The notes: generated from the letters alone by a model not told the origin. A stretch of DNA of 64,000 nt from Escherichia coli (GCF_024502345.1 NZ_JALDNN010000001.1), one strand, 5' to 3'. Positions 1 through 12,629 are shown, counted from the first letter of the stretch. Made by a program: numbers and translations.

Positions 1-1
1 T

Positions 2-793
2 TTGCCGATGATGCACGGTTTTTATAGCCTGGGCACGCTGGCAGGCGCTGGTGTCGGGATGGCACTGACGGCCTTTGGCGTTCCGGCAACGGTGCACATT
101 TTATTGGCGGCGCTGGTAGGCATCGCGCCTATATATATCGCCATTCAGGCAATCCCTGACGGTACGGGCAAAAATGCTGCCGATGGCACCCAGCATGGCG
201 AAAAAGGCGTACCTTTTTATCGCGATATCCAGTTGCTGCTGATTGGTGTTGTGGTGCTGGCGATGGCCTTTGCCGAAGGTTCTGCCAACGACTGGTTACC
301 CTTATTAATGGTTGACGGTCACGGTTTTAGCCCCACTTCCGGCTCGCTGATTTATGCCGGTTTTACCCTGGGGATGACCGTTGGACGCTTCACTGGCGGT
401 TGGTTCATCGACCGTTACAGTCGCGTTGCCGTGGTTCGGGCCAGTGCGCTAATGGGGGCGTTGGGTATTGGGCTGATTATTTTTGTCGATAGCGCCTGGG
501 TCGCTGGGGTGTCTGTTGTACTCTGGGGACTGGGTGCCTCGCTGGGCTTCCCGCTGACCATTTCTGCCGCCAGCGATACCGGCCCCGATGCACCAACCCG
601 CGTCAGTGTGGTAGCAACGACCGGTTATCTGGCTTTCCTCGTCGGGCCGCCGCTGCTGGGCTATCTCGGCGAACATTATGGATTACGTAGTGCAATGCTG
701 GTTGTACTGGCGCTGGTTATTCTCGCGGCTATTGTCGCGAAAGCCGTCGCCAAACCCGATACCAAAACGCAGACGGCGATGGAGAATAGTTGA
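2..793 (+). CDS. ybjJ: MFS transporter YbjJ, C-terminal 263 aa (5' end lies outside the window)
   Basis: ORF runs off window start; hydrophobic multi-TM sequence; position next to ybjI as in K-12; stop TGA 791-793 overlaps ybjI ATG by 1 nt. Confidence 0.8.
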
Positions 794-1608
794 TGAGCAT
801 TAAATTAATTGCGGTAGACATGGATGGTACTTTCTTAAGCGATCAAAAAACCTATAACCGTGAGCGGTTTATGGCTCAGTATCAGCAAATGAAAGCACAA
901 GGCATTCGCTTTGTGGTCGCCAGCGGGAATCAATATTATCAGTTGATCTCTTTCTTCCCTGAAATTGCTAATGAAATTGCCTTTGTGGCTGAAAACGGCG
1001 GCTGGGTAGTGAGTGAAGGCAAAGATGTTTTTAATGGCGAGCTGTCGAAGGATGCGTTTACTACTGTCGTGGAACATTTGCTGACGCGCCCGGAAGTGGA
1101 AATTATTGCCTGCGGAAAAAATAGCGCTTATACACTCAAAAAATATGACGATGCCATGAAAACGGTGGCGGAAATGTATTATCACCGTCTGGAATACGTC
1201 GATAACTTTGACAACTTAGAAGATATCTTCTTTAAGTTTGGCCTGAATCTTTCCGATGAACTAATTCCACAAGTACAAAAAGCATTACATGAGGCCATCG
1301 GCGATATTATGGTGCCGGTCCACACCGGCAACGGCAGTATCGATCTGATTATCCCCGGCGTACATAAAGCCAATGGCCTTCGCCAACTGCAGAAATTATG
1401 GGGAATAGACGACAGCGAAGTGGTGGTCTTTGGCGATGGCGGTAACGATATTGAGATGCTGCGTCAGGCAGGCTTTAGTTTTGCAATGGAAAATGCCGGC
1501 AGCGCGGTCGTCGCAGCGGCAAAATACCGCGCAGGCTCCAATAACCGTGAAGGCGTACTGGATGTGATCGATAAAGTGCTTAAACACGAAGCGCCATTTA
1601 ACCAATAA
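793..1608 (+). CDS. ybjI: HAD-superfamily (Cof-type) phosphatase YbjI
   Basis: 271-aa ORF with DMDGTF motif near N-terminus and GDGGND near C-terminus; clear paralog of ybiV at 27776-28591. Confidence 0.9.
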   Translation: MSIKLIAVDMDGTFLSDQKTYNRERFMAQYQQMKAQGIRFVVASGNQYYQLISFFPEIANEIAFVAENGGWVVSEGKDVFNGELSKDAFTTVVEHLLTRPEVEIIACGKNSAYTLKKYDDAMKTVAEMYYHRLEYVDNFDNLEDIFFKFGLNLSDELIPQVQKALHEAIGDIMVPVHTGNGSIDLIIPGVHKANGLRQLQKLWGIDDSEVVVFGDGGNDIEMLRQAGFSFAMENAGSAVVAAAKYRAGSNNREGVLDVIDKVLKHEAPFNQ

Positions 1609-1693
1609 AAACGGCAGCACGCCCGGCAACACAATACCTGAATGAAGGCTGCATAATTCGCGGAAATTAACCCGCTGCATTATTTCAGGCGAA

Positions 1694-1978
1694 ATGATTA
1701 TGAAAAATTGTCTACTGTTGGGCGCGCTTTTAATGGGCTTTACTGGTGTGGCGATGGCGCAAAGTGTCACCGTCGATGTGCCGAGTGGATACAAAGTGGT
1801 TGTGGTTCCTGATTCAGTCAGCGTTCCACAAGCGGTCAGCGTCGCGACTGTGCCGCAAACCGTCTATGTGGCTCCTGCGCCAGCTCCGGCTTACCGCCCG
1901 CATCCTTATGTTCGCCATCTTGCCAGCGTAGGTGAAGGGATGGTTATCGAACACCAGATTGACGACCATCACCATTAA
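1694..1978 (+). CDS. ybjH: small secreted protein of unknown function YbjH
   Basis: 94-aa ORF with N-terminal signal peptide (hydrophobic core then AMA-Q), followed by terminator hairpin. Confidence 0.75.
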   Translation: MIMKNCLLLGALLMGFTGVAMAQSVTVDVPSGYKVVVVPDSVSVPQAVSVATVPQTVYVAPAPAPAYRPHPYVRHLASVGEGMVIEHQIDDHHH

Positions 1979-1984
1979 TTCGAG

Positions 1985-2020
1985 AATGCCTGATCGCACA
2001 AAGCAATCAGGCATTTTTTT
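1985..2020. terminator. rho-independent terminator between convergent ybjH and mdfA (probably bidirectional)
   Basis: inverted repeat gaatgcctgat...atcaggcatt followed by T7 run. Confidence 0.6.
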
Positions 2021-3251
2021 ACCCTTCGTGAGAATTTCCCATCTGTTTATCCTTTAAAAAGATAACCATCAGCGACAACCACAAAATTCCGTTGACAAGG
2101 TTGAAGAGATTAAACAGTCCGTTGCCCCCGTTCAGCCAGGCATGTTTGCTGATTTCAATACCGACGGTAAAGATCAGCATTTGCAGCATTCCCATCGCCG
2201 CAGAAACCGTACCTTTACTCATATGGCTGGCAAACAGGGTTAATCGCACCAGTCCCGCATTCGCCAGACCAATACCGAAAGCATAAATACTTAACCCGGC
2301 GGTCATCCATAAATACGCGTGCGATGAGATAACCGTTGCCGCAGCAGCGACCAACAGACCAATCATAATCGGCCAGCCGCCCATAATAATCAGCGAACGT
2401 ACGGTGCGGCGCGAGGTCAGACGCGCTAACAGCAAGTTACCCGCAATTAACGCCCCGAAAATAGGCACTTGCAGCAAACCATATTCATAGCTGCTCAACT
2501 GCTCGCCGGTAATGATGATAATCGGCGACTGAGCGATCCACGCCAGCAACGGCAGGCTAACGAATCCCAGCGCCAGCGCCCCCGCCACAAAGCGACCGTT
2601 CTTCAGCACCAGCTTATAGTCACGACCGAGTTCTTTCAGCGACAGTTTCTCGCCTATACGCGTGGCGGTTTCAGGCATGGCTCGTTGCAGACCGAAAAAG
2701 GAGATCGCTGCCAATGCGGCAAACAAGACAAACATCCCTTCCCAGGGCAGCACATGGATCCACGCCGCGCCCACCAGTGGACCAAGTAGCGGAGCAATCA
2801 GCGCCACGTTCGCCATCAGCGCGGTGATCTTGATACAAACCGCCTCTTCGAAGGATTCCTGAATTGCGGCGTATCCCACAGCGCCAATGAAACAGAGGCT
2901 TATGCCCTGCAAGAAGCGCAACAGGGTGAATTGTTCAATGTTTTGCGCCAGTAATATTGCCAGACAGGTGACAATAAACCACACCACACCCGCCAGCATC
3001 ACCGGACGGCGACCAATACGATCCGACAACGGCCCCAGGAGCCATTGTAAAAACATCCCGCCCGCCAGATACGCGGTCATCGAAGTAGGAACCCAATCAA
3101 TGCCCGCCTGATATTGTTCCACCACGGCCAACATACCGGGTTGAATCATATCGTTGCCGATATAGGTTGAAAATTCGTAAAGCACCAGACAGAGAGGGAA
3201 AAGTAACGCCTGACGTCCAAGCCTGGCACCGGAAGCTAATTTATTTTGCAT
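2019..3251 (-). CDS. mdfA: multidrug efflux MFS transporter MdfA (Cmr)
   Basis: 410-aa ORF, 12-TM MFS-like protein recognised as MdfA by sequence recall. Confidence 0.93.
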   Translation of the reverse strand: MQNKLASGARLGRQALLFPLCLVLYEFSTYIGNDMIQPGMLAVVEQYQAGIDWVPTSMTAYLAGGMFLQWLLGPLSDRIGRRPVMLAGVVWFIVTCLAILLAQNIEQFTLLRFLQGISLCFIGAVGYAAIQESFEEAVCIKITALMANVALIAPLLGPLVGAAWIHVLPWEGMFVLFAALAAISFFGLQRAMPETATRIGEKLSLKELGRDYKLVLKNGRFVAGALALGFVSLPLLAWIAQSPIIIITGEQLSSYEYGLLQVPIFGALIAGNLLLARLTSRRTVRSLIIMGGWPIMIGLLVAAAATVISSHAYLWMTAGLSIYAFGIGLANAGLVRLTLFASHMSKGTVSAAMGMLQMLIFTVGIEISKHAWLNGGNGLFNLFNLVNGILWLSLMVIFLKDKQMGNSHEG

Positions 3252-3535
3252 GCAATTTCTTCGCCAATAATAATCGCGCAGAGTTTAATAAAAGCGCAGC
3301 TAACGAGAAAGCGAATTTTGTAGCTGAAACCGCGGTTAAGCACATTCTTACATTATTGCGAGTATAGCTACGCTTTCTTTAAGTTTTATTTAACCTATGC
3401 CCGTTACAATCACCCACCGTAAACAGGCCGCTTGAGGGAAATAAGACGATGCCGCTTTACCCAGTTTAACCTGCACTTTATTCTCAACGACTTGCCTGTA
3501 TTGGCTCCCTTTTAATCACTTTGCGTCGGGAAGTT

Positions 3536-4132
3536 ATGCTGGAAAATTTGAATCTCTCTCTATTCTCTCTTATTAACGCGACGCCAGACTCGGCTCCGTG
3601 GATGATCTCGTTGGCGATTTTTATTGCTAAAGATTTGATTACCGTGGTGCCGCTGCTGGCCGCGGTACTTTGGTTGTGGGGGCTTACAGCACAACGGCAA
3701 CTGGTGATAAAAATCGCTATCGCGCTGGCGGTCAGCCTGTTTGTGTCCTGGACGATGGGACATCTTTTTCCGCACGACCGACCGTTTGTCGAAAATATCG
3801 GCTATAACTTCCTGCATCATGCGGCGGATGACTCATTCCCGAGCGATCACGGTACGGTGATTTTCACCTTTGCACTGGCATTTTTATGCTGGCATCGCCT
3901 GTGGTCCGGCTCACTTTTAATGGTGCTGGCCGTCGTCATTGCCTGGTCGCGCGTTTATCTTGGCGTCCACTGGCCGCTGGATATGCTCGGTGGATTGCTG
4001 GCAGGTATGATTGGCTGCCTTAGTGCCCAGATTATCTGGCAAGCGATGGGGCATAAACTCTATCAACGTCTGCAATCGTGGTATCGCTTCTGTTTTGCAT
4101 TACCGATCCGCAAAGGCTGGGTGCGTGACTGA
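3536..4132 (+). CDS. ybjG: undecaprenyl-pyrophosphate phosphatase, PAP2 family
   Basis: 198 aa from ATG 3536 (track ORF starts 15 nt upstream); PAP2 motifs PSDH and SRVYLGVHWPLD. Confidence 0.88.
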   Translation: MLENLNLSLFSLINATPDSAPWMISLAIFIAKDLITVVPLLAAVLWLWGLTAQRQLVIKIAIALAVSLFVSWTMGHLFPHDRPFVENIGYNFLHHAADDSFPSDHGTVIFTFALAFLCWHRLWSGSLLMVLAVVIAWSRVYLGVHWPLDMLGGLLAGMIGCLSAQIIWQAMGHKLYQRLQSWYRFCFALPIRKGWVRD

Positions 4133-4189
4133 TCTCTGCTAAAAAGTGTAGTATTGAGCGGCTCGCTTCAATAACTATTCAGAGGGATT

Positions 4190-4948
4190 ATGGAAACACG
4201 TCGCGAAGAGCGTATCGGGCAGCTGCTGCAAGAATTAAAACGCAGCGATAAGTTACATCTTAAAGACGCCGCCGCCCTGCTTGGGGTTTCGGAGATGACG
4301 ATTCGTCGCGATCTGAACAACCACAGTGCGCCCGTCGTTTTGCTCGGCGGCTATATTGTTCTGGAACCGCGCAGTGCCAGCCATTACCTGTTAAGCGATC
4401 AAAAATCCCGCCTGGTGGAAGAAAAACGCCGGGCGGCAAAACTGGCTGCGACACTGGTAGAACCCGATCAGACTCTCTTTTTTGACTGTGGCACCACCAC
4501 GCCGTGGATTATTGAAGCGATTGATAATGAAATCCCTTTTACCGCCGTTTGTTATTCGCTAAATACCTTTCTGGCGCTGAAAGAGAAACCCCATTGCCGC
4601 GCATTTCTGTGCGGTGGTGAATTTCACGCCAGCAACGCCATTTTCAAACCCATCGATTTTCAGCAAACGTTGAATAATTTTTGCCCGGATATCGCTTTTT
4701 ATTCCGCGGCGGGCGTGCATGTCAGTAAAGGCGCTACCTGTTTTAATCTTGAAGAGTTGCCGGTAAAACACTGGGCCATGTCGATGGCGCAAAAGCATGT
4801 GCTGGTTGTCGACCACAGTAAATTTGGCAAGGTGCGTCCGGCGCGCATGGGTGACCTGAAACGCTTTGATATTGTGGTGAGTGATTGTTGCCCGGAAGAT
4901 GAGTATGTGAAGTACGCGCAGACGCACCGTATTAAGTTGATGTATTAA
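4190..4948 (+). CDS. deoR: DeoR transcriptional repressor of the deoxyribose operon
   Basis: 252-aa ORF with N-terminal HTH and DeoR-type C-terminal sugar-phosphate binding domain. Confidence 0.93.
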   Translation: METRREERIGQLLQELKRSDKLHLKDAAALLGVSEMTIRRDLNNHSAPVVLLGGYIVLEPRSASHYLLSDQKSRLVEEKRRAAKLAATLVEPDQTLFFDCGTTTPWIIEAIDNEIPFTAVCYSLNTFLALKEKPHCRAFLCGGEFHASNAIFKPIDFQQTLNNFCPDIAFYSAAGVHVSKGATCFNLEELPVKHWAMSMAQKHVLVVDHSKFGKVRPARMGDLKRFDIVVSDCCPEDEYVKYAQTHRIKLMY

Positions 4949-4953
4949 TGACG

Positions 4954-4985
4954 TATAACCGGATGACGTTTCGCGCCATCCGGTT
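4954..4985. terminator. stem-loop between convergent deoR and dacC
   Basis: inverted repeat ataaccggat...atccggttat. Confidence 0.45.
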
Positions 4986-4994
4986 ATCAGAAGA

Positions 4995-6197
4995 TTAAGA
5001 GAACCAGCTGCCGAACCACTGATGGAATTTCATCATCACGAAATCCCACATCCGACCAAAGAATCCGCCCTCTTCCACATTTTCCATCACGATCAGCGGA
5101 CGCTGCTCAATGGATTTACCGTTAAGCTGGAAATCAATGGTCCCGACAACCTGACCTTTTTTCAGCGGTGCGGTAAGCTGCGGTTCCGTTAACGTGTAGC
5201 TCGCCTTCAGGTTTTTCAGCTGCCCACGCGGTATGGTCACTGAGCCCGCTTCGCCTGCCCCGAGATTCACTTCGCTCTTATCACCAAACCAGACGCGCTG
5301 AGTCACAAAGGTGGCATCAGGTTTAATTGGCGTCACGGTTTCAAAGAAGCGGAAACCCCAGGTCAATAATTTCTCAGACTCATTAAAACGGATACGGTCA
5401 GTTTTCGCCCCCAGCACTACGGAGATTAAACGCATATCGCCCTGGGTAGCCGAAGCAACCAGATTATATCCCGCGCCTGCCGTGGTTCCTGTCTTCATGC
5501 CATCAACATTCAGATTGCTGCTCCACAGCAGACGGTTACGGTTAGGCTGACGAATTTTGTTGAAGGTGAACTCTTTCTCTTTATGAATGGCGTACTCTTC
5601 CGGCACATCGTGGATCAATGCTTTACCCAGCAATGCCATATCGCGCGCGGTACTGAACTGCCCCGGCGCATCCAGACCGTGCACCGTCTGGAAGGTAGTG
5701 TTGGTCAGACCCAGTTTTTTGGCATAACCATTCATCAAACCAATAAATGACTCCTGGCTCCCGGCAACGTAATCGGCCAGCGCAATACAGGCGTCATTAC
5801 CGGACTGGATAATCACACCTTTGTTCAAGTCTGCCACCGAAACCTGATCGCCCGGTTTGAGGAACATTACCGATGAACCACGCAGTGCCGGATTTCCCGT
5901 CGCCCAGGCATCTTTACCGACCGTCACCATATCGGTGAGTTTAATCTTATCGGCCTTAAGCGCCTGCCCAACCACATAGCTGGTCATGATTTTAGTCAGG
6001 CTCGCGGGATCCAGTTTCTCATCCGCGTTGCCTTCTGCCAGCACTTTACCGCTGGCGTAATCCATTAAAATCCATGCACGCGCATCCACGCTCGGCGCTT
6101 CAACGGTTTGTTCCGCCGCGAATGCCGTTGGGGCAAAAAGGAATAAAAATGCAGAACCCGCTGCAAGACCACGAAGGAGAGAGGAGTATTGCGTCAT
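4995..6197 (-). CDS. dacC: D-alanyl-D-alanine carboxypeptidase PBP6
   Basis: 400 aa from ATG at 6197 (track ORF extended by 7 codons); signal peptide, SLTK active-site motif, SGN and KTG motifs. Confidence 0.93.
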   Translation of the reverse strand: MTQYSSLLRGLAAGSAFLFLFAPTAFAAEQTVEAPSVDARAWILMDYASGKVLAEGNADEKLDPASLTKIMTSYVVGQALKADKIKLTDMVTVGKDAWATGNPALRGSSVMFLKPGDQVSVADLNKGVIIQSGNDACIALADYVAGSQESFIGLMNGYAKKLGLTNTTFQTVHGLDAPGQFSTARDMALLGKALIHDVPEEYAIHKEKEFTFNKIRQPNRNRLLWSSNLNVDGMKTGTTAGAGYNLVASATQGDMRLISVVLGAKTDRIRFNESEKLLTWGFRFFETVTPIKPDATFVTQRVWFGDKSEVNLGAGEAGSVTIPRGQLKNLKASYTLTEPQLTAPLKKGQVVGTIDFQLNGKSIEQRPLIVMENVEEGGFFGRMWDFVMMKFHQWFGSWFS

Positions 6198-6443
6198 AAA
6201 TGCCACCCGAGTATCCATTCAAAAAAAATACGTTATATCGCCGTATGATAAGTTCGGTGATTAATAACGCACACACAAACTTAAAGAAACCGTAAGTTGG
6301 TAAAGTTTTTAAAGTTTATGCAATATCCTGCCGCTTCGCTGCTTCTGGTGTCATTTTTTTGCCAGCTGTTGCTTAAAAGTTAACTTTACTTCACCATCGG
6401 AGTCCTGTTCAGCCTGTGGCTGCCTGTCGGAAAAGGGGTGAGT

Positions 6444-7070
6444 ATGATTACGCTGTGGGGTCGGAATAATTCAACCAACGTAAAAAAAGTATTGCTGACG
6501 CTCGAAGAACTGGAACTACCTTATGAGCAAATTCTCGCGGGCCGTGAGTTTGGGATAAATCACGATGCTGATTTTCTGGCGATGACCCCTAACGGGCTGG
6601 TGCCGTTGTTGCGTGACGACGAAAGTGATCTCATTCTTTGGGAATCAAACGCCATTGTCCGCTATCTGGCGGCACAGTACGGGCAAAAACGTCTGTGGAT
6701 CGACTCACCGGCACGTCGTGCGGAAGCGGAAAAATGGATGGACTGGGCAAACCAGACGCTCAGTAATGCTCATCGCGGGATCCTGATGGGATTAGTCAGA
6801 ACACCACCGGAAGAGCGCGATCAGGCCGCCATTGATGCCAGTTGCAAAGAGTGCGACGCCCTGTTTGCCCTGCTCGATGCGGAACTGGCAAAAGTAAAAT
6901 GGTTCTCTGGCGACGAGTTTGGTGTGGGCGATATCGCTATCGCACCGTTCATCTACAATTTGTTTAACGTTGGCCTGACCTGGACACCGCGTCCAAATCT
7001 GCAACGCTGGTATCAGCAACTCACTGAACGCCCCGCAGTGCGCAAAGTGGTGATGATTCCCGTTAGCTAA
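6444..7070 (+). CDS. gstB: glutathione S-transferase GstB (YliJ)
   Basis: 208 aa from second ATG; GST N- and C-terminal domains. Confidence 0.88.
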   Translation: MITLWGRNNSTNVKKVLLTLEELELPYEQILAGREFGINHDADFLAMTPNGLVPLLRDDESDLILWESNAIVRYLAAQYGQKRLWIDSPARRAEAEKWMDWANQTLSNAHRGILMGLVRTPPEERDQAAIDASCKECDALFALLDAELAKVKWFSGDEFGVGDIAIAPFIYNLFNVGLTWTPRPNLQRWYQQLTERPAVRKVVMIPVS

Positions 7071-8182
7071 TTGCGTGGGCTAACTTTAAGTAATTCCCCA
7101 CTGGACTCGTCGGTGAGAACGTATAAATAACCGTCGGGTCCAGTGCGAACATCACGAATTCGCTGCCCTCTGTCCGTTAAAATACGGCCATCTTCTGTCA
7201 CTTTGTCGCCGTTGACGCTCATCACAATGACATCTTTATCTTTCAGCGCGCCAATAAATAATTTTTGCTGCCACTGGGGGAACTTATCGCTGTTATAGAA
7301 GGCCATGCCGCTCACAGCGGGCGAATCTTTCCAGTAAAAAACAGGTTGCTCGGTCCCGGCGACGATCTCCCCTTTCGCTTCCGGTATCTTAAAGCCTGAA
7401 TAGTTGATTCCCCAGGTTGCCAGCGGCCAGCCGTAGTTTTTGCCTTTTTGCGGGATATTAATTTCATCACCACCGCGCGGGCCATGTTCATTCAGCCACA
7501 GTGCATTACTCCACGGATTCATCGCCATTCCTTGCGGATTACGAATGCCATAAGACCAGATCTCGGCGCGCGCACCGGATTCCTTTATAAAAGGATTATC
7601 ATCCGGGATTTCGCCCTGATCGGTCAGACGCACCAGTTTGCCCTGTAATTTATCCAGATCCTGCGCCGTCGGGCGCTGATTGTTTTCGCCCAGAGCAATA
7701 AAAAGATAACCTTTACCGTCGAATACCAGCCGCCCGCCAAAATGGTTGCCGGTAGACAGTTTTGGCATCTGGCGGAAGACGGTGCGGAAGTCGGTCACTT
7801 TTGAGAGATCATCACTTAAGCGGCCATAACCCACAGCAGTTCCGGCTTTGCCATCATCGCCAACTTCGGAATAACTTAACCAGATGCGGCGAGACTGAGC
7901 AAAATCAGGCGCTAAAACCACGTCCAGCAGGCCGCCCTGCCCGTGCGCCCAAACGTCCGGAACTCCGGAAAGCGGCGCAGATAATCCTTTTCCTGCTTGC
8001 CAGTGACGCAACTCGCCGCCGCGCAGAGTGATTAACATACCGTGATTATCGGGTAAAAAGGCCAGTGCCCAGGGATGGTCGAGTTTGTCTTGCAGTACTT
8101 CGACATTTACCGTTGCAGGAGCCGCCCAGAGAGCGGAAGAAAGACAAATAAGGGGCACAAGGAAAAAGGATTGTCGATGCAT
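7067..8182 (-). CDS. yliI: PQQ-dependent soluble aldose sugar dehydrogenase YliI
   Basis: 371-aa ORF with signal peptide; beta-propeller glucose/sorbosone dehydrogenase-like; overlaps gstB stop by 4 nt. Confidence 0.88.
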   Translation of the reverse strand: MHRQSFFLVPLICLSSALWAAPATVNVEVLQDKLDHPWALAFLPDNHGMLITLRGGELRHWQAGKGLSAPLSGVPDVWAHGQGGLLDVVLAPDFAQSRRIWLSYSEVGDDGKAGTAVGYGRLSDDLSKVTDFRTVFRQMPKLSTGNHFGGRLVFDGKGYLFIALGENNQRPTAQDLDKLQGKLVRLTDQGEIPDDNPFIKESGARAEIWSYGIRNPQGMAMNPWSNALWLNEHGPRGGDEINIPQKGKNYGWPLATWGINYSGFKIPEAKGEIVAGTEQPVFYWKDSPAVSGMAFYNSDKFPQWQQKLFIGALKDKDVIVMSVNGDKVTEDGRILTDRGQRIRDVRTGPDGYLYVLTDESSGELLKVSPRN

Positions 8183-8261
8183 AACGCCTCCGGATTGACT
8201 CTGGCTTAAAGCGTAGTCAGTGGAGGAGATAACAAATTCATTTTTACAAAAACTTAAACAT

Positions 8262-8288
8262 GAAGGGGGAGACGCTTTCTCCCCCTTA
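8262..8288 (-). terminator. stem-loop immediately downstream of bssR
   Basis: inverted repeat aaggggga...tccccctt. Confidence 0.5.
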
Positions 8289-8292
8289 GTTT

Positions 8293-8676
8293 TCAGGCCT
8301 TCTCAAGCATGGCGTGCTTCTGCAGGCTCTGGATACTCAGCGTTAAGCTCATCAGACAATTTTCAAGCTTATCGGCGTTGACGGTAATAACAGTCGGGCA
8401 ATCATGGTGCCCACTCATCAAACATACTGCGGCTGCCGCTAATGCTTCTTCAGCATGATGAAGAGCACTCCACTCTTCCTGATCCAGATGAAGATTCAAC
8501 CGCAGCGATTTATCGTGCAGTTCGCGATTCAGTTTAAAAAAGTTATCTCGTAGATGATTGCTTTCGCTGACGGACATGTATCCTTTTGCCTTCCTCAGTT
8601 GCACGTATGCAGCGAGGTCAACGCGTGCGTCGATCAACCGGTTCAGCAGATCGATTCGCTGTCTGTCAACGAACAT
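8293..8676 (-). CDS. bssR: biofilm regulator BssR (YliH)
   Basis: 127 aa from internal ATG of the 138-aa track ORF; recognised by sequence recall. Confidence 0.82.
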   Translation of the reverse strand: MFVDRQRIDLLNRLIDARVDLAAYVQLRKAKGYMSVSESNHLRDNFFKLNRELHDKSLRLNLHLDQEEWSALHHAEEALAAAAVCLMSGHHDCPTVITVNADKLENCLMSLTLSIQSLQKHAMLEKA

Positions 8677-8888
8677 ACTTCGATCCTCCTCTTTCCAGCC
8701 TTGTTGCAATTAAATAGTATGGCTATTTTTTGAGCAAAATGCTGTCCAGGATCAATTCTTCACGCCGAATTAACAAAATTTACATTTCCTTCGCCTCCGC
8801 CAGCGAATGAGATTGCGATACAAATTTTATCCAGAACTCTGTAGAATCCCTGCCCTGACCTTTCCTGTAACTGAATATTTTTTAAGCT

Positions 8889-10214
8889 ATGAGCAAAGTA
8901 ACTCCCCAGCCGAAAATCGGCTTTGTTTCCCTTGGCTGTCCGAAAAACCTTGTCGATTCAGAGCGTATTCTCACCGAACTCCGCACTGAAGGTTATGACG
9001 TGGTACCGAGCTATGACGATGCGGACATGGTGATCGTCAACACCTGCGGCTTTATTGACAGCGCGGTACAAGAATCACTGGAAGCCATTGGTGAAGCGTT
9101 GAATGAAAACGGCAAGGTAATTGTGACCGGTTGTCTGGGGGCAAAAGAAGATCAGATCCGCGAAGTCCACCCGAAAGTGCTGGAAATCACCGGGCCTCAT
9201 AGCTATGAGCAGGTTCTGGAGCACGTTCATCACTACGTGCCAAAACCGAAACACAACCCATTCCTGAGCCTGGTGCCAGAACAAGGTGTGAAACTGACGC
9301 CGCGTCATTATGCCTATCTGAAAATTTCGGAAGGCTGTAATCACCGCTGCACCTTCTGCATTATTCCGTCTATGCGCGGCGACCTGGTGAGCCGTCCGAT
9401 TGGCGAAGTGTTAAGTGAAGCGAAACGTCTGGTAGATGCGGGCGTTAAAGAGATTCTGGTGATCTCGCAGGATACTTCCGCCTATGGCGTTGATGTTAAA
9501 CATCGTACTGGCTTCCACAACGGCGAGCCGGTAAAAACCAGCATGGTCAGCCTGTGCGAACAGTTATCGAAACTGGGGATCTGGACACGTCTGCACTACG
9601 TTTACCCTTATCCGCATGTGGACGACGTCATCCCACTGATGGCAGAAGGCAAAATCCTGCCGTATCTGGACATTCCGTTGCAGCACGCCAGCCCGCGCAT
9701 TCTCAAACTGATGAAGCGTCCGGGTTCTGTAGATCGCCAACTGGCGCGCATCAAACAGTGGCGCGAAATCTGCCCGGAACTGACCCTACGCTCAACCTTT
9801 ATTGTCGGCTTCCCTGGCGAGACAGAAGAAGATTTCCAGATGCTACTCGACTTCCTGAAAGAAGCGCGTCTGGATCGCGTTGGCTGCTTTAAATACAGCC
9901 CGGTTGAAGGTGCAGACGCCAATGCCCTGCCTGACCAGGTTCCGGAAGAAGTTAAAGAAGAACGCTGGAACCGTTTCATGCAGCTGCAGCAGCAGATTTC
10001 CGCCGAGCGCCTGCAAGAGAAAGTGGGCCGTGAAATTCTGGTGATTATCGACGAAGTGGACGAAGAAGGCGCGATTGGTCGCAGCATGGCAGATGCACCG
10101 GAAATCGACGGCGCGGTTTATCTCAATGGTGAAACCAACGTTAAGCCGGGTGATATCCTGCGTGTGAAAGTCGAGCACGCCGATGAGTACGATTTGTGGG
10201 GTAGCCGGGTTTAA
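8889..10214 (+). CDS. rimO: ribosomal protein S12 methylthiotransferase RimO (radical SAM, MTTase)
   Basis: 441-aa ORF; CxxxCxxC radical-SAM motif (CNHRCTFC) plus N-terminal MTTase and C-terminal TRAM domains. Confidence 0.94.
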
Positions 10215-10220
10215 TTAATT

Positions 10221-10250
10221 CAGGCCGGGCAAAATCATTTGTCCGGCCTG
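10221..10250. terminator. bidirectional terminator between convergent rimO and dgcI
   Basis: inverted repeat caggccgggc...gtccggcctg. Confidence 0.55.
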
Positions 10251-10260
10251 CGAATAATGA

Positions 10261-11589
10261 TTACTGCCAGCTAATCTGAGCCCTGCCGTTTTTCTTACTC
10301 TTATACAGCCGCTCATCCGCCAGCATTTTCAAGCGTTCGACGGTGGTACATTCATTTGAATGCGCTACACCGATACTGGTACTTAAATTAATGCTTCCCA
10401 CCTGGAAATGAACGATTTCTTTTAGAATCGATAGCAACTCTTCCAGCGTTCCACCCGTATAAATCACCGCAAATTCGTCACCGCCGAAGCGGTAGATTTT
10501 ACCTTTATCTACCGGGATCTGTGATTTAAGGATTTTCACCACTTTCATCAACACTTCATCGCCCAGCAAATGACCGAAGGTGTCGTTAATGTTTTTGAAT
10601 TTATCGACGTCAAACAGGCACAAATAACCGCCTTTTTCCGGCAGCGCTTTTAAATCTTCGTCAAAGGATTTTCTGCCCATTGCTTTGGTCAGGTCGTCCA
10701 GGAACGCCGAGTTATACATACTGTAGAGTTTTTTGACATCGGCAGCCGAAAAGAAAAGCCCGCCATCCAGTACGCGTTCAAAATGGTTATTAATGATGGC
10801 TTCTTTCTCCACAATACCACGATTAATCACTCTGCGTACCAGATAGAGGCAACTGGTACCCGATATCACTGCCACCAATGCGGCAAAGAAAATAATCAAT
10901 GTACAGACCCGCAAATAAACATCTTTTTTATATGCAAATACGTACAATCCGGTCGGCAAATAGGCGAAGTGCTCCATCGCTTCCGAAACGGTGAAGATGG
11001 CGTTTTTAGCATTATATTCATCACCGGTCACCGGTTTACCGTTCTTAAATAGAGAGAACATCAGGTTCTCGCTGTCCATCGCCAGCGATTTTGACAGTAA
11101 AGAAAAACGCTCCAGACCAAGCAAAAATATCAGACTACGATTGTGAGTTACCGGATAGAGGTAATAGACGAAGGTTTTACCGTCAAAAGAGATAAACCCT
11201 GTATTTTTGACATGTCGATACTTCACAACCTGCATAATATCTGCACAATAATTTTTCTCGAACTCCTTTACCTGAATACATTCGTCACTGGAAATCAGAT
11301 AAGGACCGACATCGTACAAATAAGAGGGGGAAACCGAGTCGGCGTAAGCTGTGCGCAAACCAACCAACAGCTGTTCCTCCGTGGGATTTAGCGTGTTGAT
11401 AAGATCAATTGCCACGCTACGCCGATATTCAGCAATATTTGCCACCGCAAAAGCAGTATCAATAACGGACTGTTTCAGGCTATACACCCGTTCCTTTACC
11501 ATTTGAGTGTAGATCCCGCAGGCTACTGCTGAAATCATGATAAAAATCAGCAGACTGACTGTAAGTACGAACTTATTGATTCTGGACAT
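10261..11589 (-). CDS. dgcI: membrane-anchored diguanylate cyclase DgcI (YliF), GGDEF domain
   Basis: 442-aa ORF; N-terminal TM segments, C-terminal GGDEF domain with RFGGDEF motif. Confidence 0.9.
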   Translation of the reverse strand: MSRINKFVLTVSLLIFIMISAVACGIYTQMVKERVYSLKQSVIDTAFAVANIAEYRRSVAIDLINTLNPTEEQLLVGLRTAYADSVSPSYLYDVGPYLISSDECIQVKEFEKNYCADIMQVVKYRHVKNTGFISFDGKTFVYYLYPVTHNRSLIFLLGLERFSLLSKSLAMDSENLMFSLFKNGKPVTGDEYNAKNAIFTVSEAMEHFAYLPTGLYVFAYKKDVYLRVCTLIIFFAALVAVISGTSCLYLVRRVINRGIVEKEAIINNHFERVLDGGLFFSAADVKKLYSMYNSAFLDDLTKAMGRKSFDEDLKALPEKGGYLCLFDVDKFKNINDTFGHLLGDEVLMKVVKILKSQIPVDKGKIYRFGGDEFAVIYTGGTLEELLSILKEIVHFQVGSINLSTSIGVAHSNECTTVERLKMLADERLYKSKKNGRAQISWQ

Positions 11590-11907
11590 ACGTAAACTAC
11601 TCTTTTACTAATTTTCCACTTTTATCCCAGGCGGAGAATGGCATGGGTTTCTGGTACAGATACCCCCGAGCCTGAACACATCCTAATTTAATTAATTCGC
11701 GCGCAACGTCTTCGCTCTCTACGCCTTCCGCAATCACCGGGATCCGGTTATAGCGTGCCAGATCGAAAATAATGCGCACAATTTTTCCCGCAGTACCGAA
11801 AATATCGCCGGTAAATTGCGAGTCCACCTTTATGCTGTCTGGATTAATTTCATAAAAACGTTTCAGGTTTGACAAACCGGTGCCAAAGTCATCAATCGAT
11901 ATCCGTA

Positions 11908-11916
11908 CCCCTTGTT
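11908..11916. repeat. IS1 target-site duplication, copy 1 (CCCCTTGTT)
   Basis: 9-bp sequence identical to 12685-12693 immediately outside the IS1 ends. Confidence 0.9.
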
Positions 11917-11931
11917 GGTAATGACTCCAAC

Positions 11932-12435
11932 TTATTGATAGTGTTTTATGTTCAGATAATGCCCGATGACTTTGTCATGCAGCTCCACCGATTTTGAGAA
12001 CGACAGCGACTTCCGTCCCAGCCGTGCCAGGTGCTGCCTCAGATTCAGGTTATGCCGCTCAATTCGCTGCGTATATCGCTTGCTGATTACGTGCAGCTTT
12101 CCCTTCAGGCGGGATTCATACAGCGGCCAGCCATCCGTCATCCATATCACCACGTCAAAGGGTGACAGCAGGCTCATAAGACGCCCCAGCGTCGCCATAG
12201 TGCGTTCACCGAATACGTGCGCAACAACCGTCTTCCGGAGCCTGTCATACGCGTAAAACAGCCAGCGCTGGCGCGATTTAGCCCCGACGTATCCCCACTG
12301 TTCGTCCATTTCCGCGCAGACGATGACGTCACTGCCCGGCTGTATGCGCGAGGTTACCGACTGCGGCCTGAGTTTTTTAAATGGCGGAAAATCGTGTTGA
12401 GGCCAACGCCCATAATGCGGGCGGTTGCCCGGCAT
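11932..12435 (-). CDS. insB: IS1 InsB (transposase catalytic part, expressed as InsAB' by -1 frameshift)
   Basis: 167-aa ORF overlapping insA in the -1 frame. Confidence 0.88.
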   Translation of the reverse strand: MPGNRPHYGRWPQHDFPPFKKLRPQSVTSRIQPGSDVIVCAEMDEQWGYVGAKSRQRWLFYAYDRLRKTVVAHVFGERTMATLGRLMSLLSPFDVVIWMTDGWPLYESRLKGKLHVISKRYTQRIERHNLNLRQHLARLGRKSLSFSKSVELHDKVIGHYLNIKHYQ

Positions 12436-12629
12436 CCAACGCCATTCATGGCCATATCAATGATTTTCTGGTGCGTACCGGGTTGAGAAGCGGTGTAAGT
12501 GAACTGCAGTTGCCATGTTTTACGGCAGTGAGAGCAGAGATAGCGCTGATGTCCGGCGGTGCTTTTGCCGTTACGCACCACCCCGTCAGTAGCTGAACAG
12601 GAGGGACAGCTGATAGAAACAGAAGCCAC
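12354..12629 (-). CDS. insA: IS1 InsA (transposition inhibitor, N-terminal part of InsAB' transposase)
   Basis: 91-aa ORF with zinc-finger (CPSC...CSHC) and HTH; A6C frameshift motif near its 3' end (12371-12380 on + strand). Confidence 0.9.
   Translation of the reverse strand: MASVSISCPSCSATDGVVRNGKSTAGHQRYLCSHCRKTWQLQFTYTASQPGTHQKIIDMAMNGVGCRATARIMGVGLNTIFRHLKNSGRSR

Noticed and set aside
3252-3535. Possible small gene or regulatory RNA in the 284-bp mdfA-ybjG divergent intergenic region (includes a 66-aa track ORF 3167-3367)
   Set aside because: No RBS-preceded ORF with credible composition and no clear terminator structure; most simply explained as two divergent promoter regions
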